From Chrysomallon squamiferum (Eukaryota; Animalia; Mollusca): a stretch of 64,000 nucleotides of DNA. Each line of letters begins with the position of its first letter. The stretch's first letter is position 1. The notes beneath the pieces were generated by a model. The model had not been told where the DNA came from, ran no database searches, and saw only the letters and a program-made list of their open reading frames with translations. A program made the translations under genes and the position numbers. The stretch is from positions 27,218,001 through 27,282,000 of the forward strand of contig CM022671.1 in NCBI GenBank assembly GCA_012295275.1, read 5' to 3'. Of this stretch, positions 42,817-52,169 are shown one piece after another.

Positions 42817-43246
42817 ATAACAAAGCTACAACATTGTGTTGATGTATAACACATCTAGGACACTGTGTTGATAAATAACACAGCTAGGACACTGTGTTGA
42901 TGTATAACACAGCTAGGACACTGTGTTGATAAATAACACAGCTAGGACACTATGTTGTTAAATATCACAGCCAGGACACTGTGTTGATGTATAACACAGC
43001 TAGGACACTGTGTACTGCTAAATAACACAGCCAAAGGACACTGTGTTGATGTATAACACAGCAAAGGACACTGTGTTGATGTATAACACAGCAAGGACAC
43101 TGTGTTGATGTATAACACAGGCAGAACACTGTGTTGATGTATAACACAGCTAGGACACTGTGTACTGCTAAATAAGACAGCTAGGACATTGTGTTGATGT
43201 ATAACACAGCCAGGACACTGTGTTGATGTAAATAACACAGCCAAGG
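42817..43246. repeat. Minisatellite, ~14.5 copies of a 29-31 bp palindrome-containing unit
   Basis: Consensus ATAACACAGCTAGGACACTGTGTTGATGT. Each unit holds AACACAG and its reverse complement CTGTGTT. Confidence 0.95.
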
Positions 43247-44994
43247 TTAACTTGTATTGAGACACACTCAAAGCAAGTCATCATTTTATTTATTTATTTA
43301 TTTTTATTCTTCGTTTGTCTTGGTATAGCAGGCAGGTTTGCTTTGCCGAGTTACCCATCAAGTTAGCAAACTGCTGAGCTAGAAAGCGTTCACGCCTCCA
43401 TGATAACAAAATGTTTACCTGAAGGCAAACGAGAGTGAACCGCAGTTTACACAGTCAGTTTGCTTTCCATCAATGACTTTTGTTCCCATTAGTTTCTCAC
43501 TGTCCATTGCCTTTTGTCACGGAGTTATTCCACTTGAAAGGAACTCTTTAGAAAAAGAAAACACTTTTTTCTTTGTAAGCTTATGCAGGCTGCAGGCAAG
43601 ATGGGTTGTCAGATAGTAAAATAAGCACAGTTAAGAAATAAATTTTAAATGTAATGTTTTAGTTAGTGGCTTTTAATATTTTTTTTTTTATAAATTATTT
43701 TCTTATTTCCCCTATATTTAACAACTTTATGTGAGAAAAAAAAAGACAAAGCTGTTAAATTATGTGTAATTCTTTTATTCCATGAACTAAAATCATTAAT
43801 GTTTTAAAACTTTTTATTTAAATAAACTTTTAAGTTTACCTATATATAAAAGTAAAACTTTATAGAATCACATGGGTAGAAATTTTAAATATTTTAAATA
43901 ATGTTTTTGGCATTTGAAATGATGATATTTAAAATTAAGATGACAACACTTAAAATGAAGACTGACTATTGAAATCGACAGAAACTGACAACTGAAGTAA
44001 GCACTTCAAAACATTCAAAATAAACAAGACTTCTAATAGCAGAAATCAAGCAACCTTTTAATGTTTTAAGAAAAAACACAACAACAGCAACAACAACAAC
44101 AACAAATATTAAATATTAAAAAGACGAAAAAACCCTGAAGGAGTCTCCACTTTTACTGATGTAACTAAAAAGCCATGTTTGAAACAAGATGTGTTATGTC
44201 AGAGTTGTTAAAAAGAATTGCAGGAATTTAGTCATTTAAACTTCAGACAACAAATCAGTGGGATTTTCTTGTCTGTTCTTACTTATGTCCCAAAGATCAA
44301 AGAACTAATCCTAAATACATTTTACAAACTGAATTAGTTAAATTTGAAACCAGGAGACTTGGAAACACTGGGGCTGTTCTGAAACAGAGTCACCAGTCTT
44401 ACAAATAAGAGCATTAACGTGGACAACCAACATAGTTGTTATTATCATCACCACTGCAGCAGTTTGGTGAAGTATTAAGATGATTCTGTGGGTGAAAAAA
44501 AGTCTCTGTCAAGTGACTAACAATAAAAACGTCAACTGTATAAGTAAAAAATACATCTGAAACTTTAAAAAACCACAACTGAAAATATGCGAGCATTGTT
44601 GTAAAATGTAAAAAGTATTCTAGGTGGGTTTTGAAGACATTAAACTGAATGAACTGTTGAAAAAGTACACATTAATTATAAAAAAATATAAATGTTGGTA
44701 TGTGTAATGTGTGTGGTTATGTGTTTACGAGGCAGGAGTTCTCTGCATAATTTTGAAATTTAAGATATAAATAAAAATTTGATTCGGTTGGTTCATAAAC
44801 TAAGATTATAATATTGTTCTCTGGAAAACAGAGGTTTTCCTATATAGTATGGTGTATATATAAGCCTGTATATATTGTGTTTTTATGTTTTTATGGTTTG
44901 TGTATGTGTGTCTATTTGTGTGCTTATGTATACATTTGCATGTATATGAGTTTGTGTGTGGGTGTGTTTCTGAGTATGCATATCTGCATTCATC

Positions 44995-45032
<38 letters not shown>

Positions 45033-45734
45033 CAGGTTTTAAATTGTAATATCAGGCTACAAAAAAAACAACTAAAATAAAAAAAAAACTATTTACAACA
45101 ATTTTGCCAATACTGATTTGAAATTTTTTTTTTCTTTTTTTAAATAATATAAACATTGCCCCTCCCACCCCAAAAAACCCTATAATTTTACATAGCACCA
45201 GTGAATGCTATTTACAATTGAAATGGTTGTCATGCTGCTCTTGGAGGAGGAAACTTAAAATGGAAGGAAAGTTATTTCTAACTGCAAGCCGCGAACTGGT
45301 TGAACATTTTAAAACTAAAATAGACATTTCCCACCAGTTTGTTACAGATACTGAATTATATCAGACTAAGTTGTATGTTGTTGCTCTTGTGAACAAATTG
45401 TGTAAAAATGTCAGGATTGTGAAATATAATCATTTCACAGATGGTTTATCTTTCTACTCCAGTGAGATATCCCAGTGATGTGTCAGCGGAGAGCTGGGAT
45501 ATCACACCAGTATCTCACACCTGACTGAAGTATAAACACCTGTATTTCATACACATTTTTTTTTGAAAATGTTCACACAGTCAGCCAGGCTTAAAAGTCA
45601 CTCAGTGAAATGACTGCAGCACACAACACAAAAACTGCACCTGCATCATCATTAATGTACGTTTTATTACGTATTTACATATTTTGTGCCAATTTCGATG
45701 AAGAATTTGTTTCCATCATTGATCCTCAATGTGC

Positions 45735-46030
45735 TGAATGAATGGTTATTTAATGACGGACATTTGTATAATAAGGATGATTAGGTTTCAGTCATGCATT
45801 TGTTATAAGACAACATGAGAAAGAAGACCCGTAGTCATTATCCCAAAGGCTTTTTAGCAACAAGGAATCTTTTATGTGCGCCTCCTCAGAGACAGCAGAC
45901 CACATACCACAGTAATATGATAGATTAGTCATTGATACTGGTGGGATTAAGAAACTGACAATGGGTACACCATGTAACAAGAATCGTGTGATCCATGCAA
46001 CCTTAGACAAGCACAAAGACATGACCATTA
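45735..46030 (-). mobile_element. Degenerate tRNA-derived SINE copy with a Deu/Nin-like central domain
   Basis: The plus-strand stretch ttttagcaacaaggaatcttttatgtgcgcctcctcagagacagcagaccacataccac...actgg...caatggg is colinear with the copy at 27185-27407. It is also the reverse complement of the GTGCATATAAAAGATCCCTTGCTGCTAA-type core I recall from mollusc SINEs. A gaatgaatg tail remnant lies at the low-coordinate end. Confidence 0.6.
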
Positions 46031-46234
46031 ATGAAACTTCATGTTATGTGCTGTCCTGCATACATCACTGATTCTATTTTCTTGTTTGTTATTATACTGA
46101 CTAGAAAATAAAATCACTGATGTATGATATGATGCAATATTTCCATTTTTTATTTTAAGAATTATAACAAATATCTGAATATATTTGTTCTCTTTTCTTT
46201 ACAGAATCTTGAATCTTGGATGATGTGCATGTGC

Positions 46235-46267
<33 letters not shown>

Positions 46268-46590
46268 TGATGATGATGATGATGATGATAACACTACTAA
46301 AGAGAGGAATGCTGAAACACAGAATCCATTTTCTGAAACTGTTTGCAAATCCTTTAATTTAATTTTTTTATATGAATTAATAAAACATAATACATTAATA
46401 TATTCTGAGAGCATTTTTAAACTAATTTTTTTTTTTTTTTTTTTTTGGTGTATATTTTGAGTCTAATAAAATTACAATTATGATAAATAATAAAAAAAAA
46501 ATAAAAAAAAAAAATAAAAAAAATAAAAGAAATAAAATACAAGTAAATCAAAGTACAGTAAAACAAAATAGCAAATAATGCATTTATGAA

Positions 46591-46621
<31 letters not shown>

Positions 46622-46799
46622 AGATATTTAATAGAGGAGGAAATAAGTGATATTACTTAACAGCTTATAATGGTGCTTATATACTGACAAACTATGTGCA
46701 GGTAATTCCTCCCTTGCAATCAAAGCACCAATGTATAATAAATTCACTCTGTTTCCAGCAGTCTTAAAACATTCCATAAATTTTTCAAACAGAAAAGTC

Positions 46800-46826
46800 A
46801 TTATTCTTTCATTACATCTTTTACTC

Positions 46827-46883
<57 letters not shown>

Positions 46884-47210
46884 AAATAAATAAATAAAAA
46901 CATGCCACCAAAAACAAGTGATGTATTGGCTAATGTAAAAAAAATGCAACCTTTGTCCCACTTGTAACAAAGTTATATATATATATAAATTGTTTTCTAG
47001 ATCATTTAATTCTTATATTCAGGCTTTGTTAGAAGTGGGACAAGGCATTCATTTTTTTTTACATTAGCCAATACATGTAAATGTACATGTGTGTTTGTGC
47101 GTCTGTGTATTTATTTATTTTTGATGTCTTTTCTGACATCATCACAGATCTAGATTCTTACTTGAAAGAGTGAATGTAAATAAAGAATTATTTCAATTAA
47201 GTAGCTGACA
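46800..47210. mobile_element. Fold-back (palindromic) element, MITE-like or an inverted duplication
   Basis: Core arms 46921-46972 (atgtattggctaatgtaaaaaaaatg...ttgtcccacttgtaacaaag) and 47024-47076 (ctttgttagaagtgggacaa...catttttttttacattagccaatacat) are reverse complements around a ~50-nt spacer. Weaker pairing extends to ~46880/47125 and ~46800/47210. Confidence 0.6.
46830..46881. repeat. (TA)n microsatellite
   Basis: About 25 TA units, lying within the outer left arm of the fold-back element. Confidence 0.95.
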
Positions 47211-47306
47211 TGTTGCATTACTGTGTAGATTTAATACTCTTAGTTCAGTAGTGTGTGTAAAAAAAGAGAAATGTCCCAACAAAAAACAAAACTGAAAAAT
47301 GATTTA

Positions 47307-49674
47307 GGGTCATTCCATGTCAAATCACCCAAAAAAAGAAGAAATTTAAACCCGACCGTCTCAGATTTTTATGAAACTTTGTATACTTGTTGACTGGGAT
47401 CCCACAGCACCAAATCTGACATTTTAGCTCAATCAGACCAGTGGTGTGGGAGATACGTGAAAATAACACCTTTTCAGCCATTAACATCTGATTAACTAAA
47501 ACCTGAATGATCAATTCTGGATGCTAGGAATCACCATCTCTCTTGATCATCGAGTAAGACATTGTAGGCCTACATGTATGCATAAAGTTCACATATAAAA
47601 GTTTCCTGAGTATAATATTTTTTGTTTAGCCATAATAGAGATTTAAAAAAATGCATACCTGCATGGATGATTGATACAATGCATTACAATGTACATTTTC
47701 TCTGAGACTAAAAACTCATCTTTGGAGTTAAAACCCACCTGACATGTCTGAAGGAATGCCTGAAGGATATGAAAAGATGCCAAATGGCATGACATGTTCT
47801 ACACAATCAGGCTCAAAGGGTTAACAGGAAGTGATGCTTCAGGCAGGTCAGGAACTCCTTTAGATTCCCTGGTGTTTACGTGGCAATTAGAAGTTTAAGA
47901 CAAAGAAGTTTCTTCATTTGCATTTCTTTGACAATCTGAAGCTTTTTAAGTTGGACACAATGTCAGATGTTGATATATAAACAATATTTTTATTTCATAA
48001 AACCTATTAAGTAATTTTATCATGTCATGTGGGCCTTGCCATTGGTTTTGAACAAGGTTTCAGTCAACAACAGTACAACCCAGTCTGAAATCAGACGTCA
48101 TCAAGTGATGTACTGCATAATGTATTTGTACACCCAGTCTTCAGCACAGAGTATGAACAAGGTCTACTTCACCTTAATAAACTGTGATTTATACTTGAGA
48201 AGATTGACATAAATGCCCAAGAAATAAACACAACTCTGCTGCCATTTTACGACCTGCTTACATTTACTGAAAGGGTTTCAGGATTTGATTTAATATTTAG
48301 GAAAGCACTGACTTTGTTCTATTGAATTGAAGGTGCAGGCCAATACTGAAAATCCTTATTTCTTCCAGGCTAACTGCAGCTTTAACTCTCCTGAAAATGT
48401 GTGTTATCAACACCATCATATCAAAAAGGAGTTGTTTAAGTGTATGGAAAACTGAGGAAGTCGAACTCCTCACTCTTTGAAGTGGGATCAAAACACGGGA
48501 CATCAAGAGTATCATGAACAAGAACTTTTCATCAAATTTTCAACATTGCAGAAAAACTGTTGTGATCTCCTTAATCGCCACCCTGAGCAAGCACGCACTA
48601 GATCTTTAAGAATTGTTAGCGTGGGCACTTACAAATGCTTAGTAAATCCTCCAAAGACACTAGTGCCAGGAGACAAGTTGTGCTGTGACTGTCTGATTAC
48701 CCTTCACAAATCAAAGGTCCTGCAGAGGATGGCTTTAGTATGGGTGGTATTACAATGGGAGAATTTGGTGATAACTTGCCAGACAAATCGCTGGTTGTTG
48801 TTTCCCCAGAAAAGGACTTTGATTTGAATTCTATTCTGTCGAGTTTAGGCGAAACTCCTGTCAAACTCCATTCACTAGCACGTTCCAGTAAATGAATGAA
48901 AGGACAGAAAAAAAAACTAGCATCAGCTACAGTAACATTAAAATGACATCTTAATGTCTGAATCCTACCCAGATTTGCAAATCTTGATTTTGTCACCCTT
49001 TACAATCTCTATTATGGCTAAACAAAAAATATTATACCCAGGAAACTTTTTTATATGTGAACTTTATGCATACATGTAGGCCTACAATGTCTTTCGATGA
49101 TTAAGAGAGATGGTGATTCCTAGCATCCAGAATTGATCATTCAGGTTTTAGTTAATCAGATGTTAATGGCTGAAAAGGTGTTATTTTCATGTATGTGCAT
49201 TTTTAAATCTATATTGTGGCTAAACAAAAATATTACACCCAGGAAACTTTTTATATGTTTTAGTTAACATGTGGGAGATTAAATTTCACTAAAGGTCATC
49301 TCAAGATCACGTGATCCACACGGTCAATTTCAAGGTCATAGCAAAGGTCAAAAGGTCAAGGTACTCCAATATTTTCCAAACTAAACAAAAATGGCAGATT
49401 TGGAATCCTTGTCATTTTGCCTTTCTAACAATACCGATTTTATGAAGATTGGCCCAGTAGTTCCTGAGATATGAGGGTTCTAAGGTTGGTGGTCACACCC
49501 ATTTTTGGCAAAAATCTCAAAATTCGGTGGGCCGTATCTCCCACACCACTGGTCTGATTGAGCTAACATTTCAGATTTGGTGCTGTGGGATCCCAGTCAA
49601 CAAGTATACAAAGTTTCATAAAAATCTGAGACGGTCGGGTTTAAACCATTGGGTGATTTGACACGGAATGACCC
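47307..49674 (+). mobile_element. Non-autonomous, internally deleted TIR DNA transposon, probably Sola2-like, 2368 bp
   Basis: Left end GGGTCATTCCATGTCAAATCACCC and right end GGGTGATTTGACACGGAATGACCC are inverted with 1 mismatch. TTTA flanks both ends (47303-47306 and 49675-49678), giving a 4-bp TSD. Further inverted blocks: ~47345-47457 vs ~49533-49645 and ~47458-47643 vs ~49004-49189. GRG termini, a 4-bp TSD and long TIRs fit Sola2 as I recall it. Confidence 0.9.
48369..48955 (+). pseudogene. Decayed N-terminal fragment of the element's transposase (Cys/His-rich zinc-binding region), no catalytic domain
   Basis: Stitching frames gives ANCSFNSPENVC.../..EEVELLTL*SGIKTRDIKSI/YHEQELFIKFSTLQKNCCDLLNRHPEQARTRSLRIVSV...LVPGDKLCCDC/...DLNSILSSLGETPVKLHSLARSSK*MKGQKKKLASATVTLK*HL. 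The CC....H...LR.(V/I)S...PG.KLC..C and LN..L..LG.(S/T)P.KLH motifs resemble Sola2-type transposase N-termini from memory. A candidate splice acceptor (ccttatttcttccag, AG 48367-48368) precedes it. Confidence 0.65.
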
Positions 49675-49816
49675 TTTAAAAAATGAAGATGAATAAAATA
49701 AAAGGAAAATAAACTGTAAAAAGAAACAGAAAAAGTCCCTTAAAAGGAAAATGTAAAATAATTAAAAAAAATAAATAATTTTCAAGTAATAATATATAAT
49801 ATATTACACAGAGCTG

Positions 49817-49851
<35 letters not shown>

Positions 49852-50551
49852 ACAGTGAATGAATAGTCTGCTAATCCATCATGTTTATCTGCCACTCTTA
49901 AAAGAATAGCTGACATTTTGTTTATATGTAAATTTATGCAGGAATTCAACGATGTCTGTGTCATATTACATTTAAGTTTGCCAACAACAGATAAGTCATA
50001 CATGTCTTTTTGAAGAAATAAATTATTTAAAAGTGGGACAATTCAAAACTATTGTTATATTGCTACATGAATTGTCTAGTGTGTTTTAAGACAATTGTAT
50101 TTATAAAGTTACCACTAATCTTTACATCAAGAAAACAAAATTCTATGAACTTTTTTTTTTTGTTGTGAAACACACTTTCTAGATTCAATTCAGCCAGTCT
50201 GTTTTAGTTCTATGTTTAAACCCATTTTTGACCTCTCACAAACACACAAGATTTTTTAGAAAAGCACACATCACCATCTTTGATACATCAGTTTACAAAG
50301 ATAGGTTGGAACTGGAAATAACAGAATTAGTACATCAAAAAGAGTTGACTTATTACGACTCAGATTTAATTATACTCCATTAATGAGCATCTGTTAGTTT
50401 TTATGATGTCTAAATAAAAAAAATTAAAAATTAAAAAAATAATAATATAAATCCTTATTTTTACTTCCCAAGAACGTTAGGCTGAGTATAAATATATTCC
50501 ATCAGATAATAACAGTTTTATTTTCTGTTGTAAATAAATAACAATGAACAA

Positions 50552-50586
<35 letters not shown>

Positions 50587-52108
50587 TTACTTACTGCTTA
50601 ACTATTAATATGATAATATCAATGGTGGAAAGAATGTTGTGAAACTCAGGAAACTTCGGTTATACAGTTTGCCATGTGAATAGTGATGAATTAAGGAAAA
50701 CAAAATGGCTGTGGCACAATGCAAGCTGGGATATATGAAAGACTGGTAATATCAATGAAAACAAGCGCTAACTCACTTTGCTGCTTTTGTTACATGAATC
50801 ACAGCACTAAGTGTGGAATTCTGTCTGTGATAACTAGAAATTAACTAAAACCAATAAAGAGCAAGAAATCTTTCATTGTCCCTGATATAAATTGTCCAAA
50901 ACGGGAAGTAACTGAAAGGGATCTCTGATAACATGAAATTAACCTGCATTTCCAAAACAAAACCCAGTTCATTATTTACAAACCTTTCTACATAAACCAA
51001 AAAATATTGTTTCAACTAAAAAAATTTAAAAAAAAAAAATAATAATAATAATAATAAAGTCAACAACAACAACAAAAAAAACACATCAATCACATAACCC
51101 TGACAATACTGCATTGATGTATGAACAAAAATTCTTCAGGTTTTTGTGGGTTTTCCATTATAAATTATAGATCTTTTGCTTTGTTGGGGTTTGGGGGGGA
51201 GTTTGTGTTTTTGGGGGGTTTTGTTTTTATTATTACTAATTATTTATTACCAAATTTTTTATTTTTTTATTTTTATTTTATTATTGTCATTAATATTTCA
51301 TGTGACATATGTATATAACGTCACATGTATATACAGATGTATGTTTTTCTTCTTCTGTCAAATGTTTCAAATTTTCTTTTTTTATAATTAGAAATTCACT
51401 TGCTGATATTAAATAACCTCTTGTGAAGAAGTGAGTTTTCTTTTCTTTTCTTTTCCCTATGTGAGTTTCTGTCCACATTTTTGTGCTTAGCAACAGACAC
51501 CATTAAATCAGTCCAAATATAGTACAAAATGGGTGTTCTTCACCTTGCATTTGTCCCATATTTCCTTAACTATAAGGGCAAATCATTATAAGTGAAATAC
51601 ATTTTTTTTGAGATGATATCCCTTGTACTATGATTATATTAAATTTATGCACTCTTATTGCAGAATTAAAAACAAAAATCAAGTAAAAAATTTCAGTTTC
51701 TCTTGTTTATAAAGGCATTCTGTTATATGCAAGCATGCTATTAGAAGTAAAACAGACCTTACATTTGTTGCATGTTCTTGTAAGTGAGGGTATACGGTAC
51801 ACATAAAGATCACTATGTCTGGCTGGAGACCATCTATTCCCTATAAAAACCCAGAATAGTTTTCAGGTGTAAATTTAATGGAATTCTATTTTTATAATTT
51901 CTTCTCTTTTTTTTTTGTTCTTTCTTTAAATGAAAATTTTGTTCATTGCTGTCCATTTCAATGGTACTAATAAAACCAGACTGTTACAAAAGTAAAGAGA
52001 TAAAGCTGCTGAAAGTTCAGATGTTAATGGGTTGAAAAGAGATGGGAAAATATGATGGGAAGAAGATGGAAAATGTAAAAAAGAAAACAAACCAAACAAG
52101 ATAAAAAA

Positions 52109-52112
<4 letters not shown>

Positions 52113-52166
<54 letters not shown>
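52113..52166. repeat. (CA)n microsatellite
   Basis: Pure CA run. Confidence 0.95.

Positions 52167-52169
<3 letters not shown>

Noticed and set aside
42817-43246. CRISPR-like array (palindromic ~29-bp repeats)
   Set aside because: Units are directly adjacent with no unique spacers, there are no cas genes, and the context is a eukaryotic intron.
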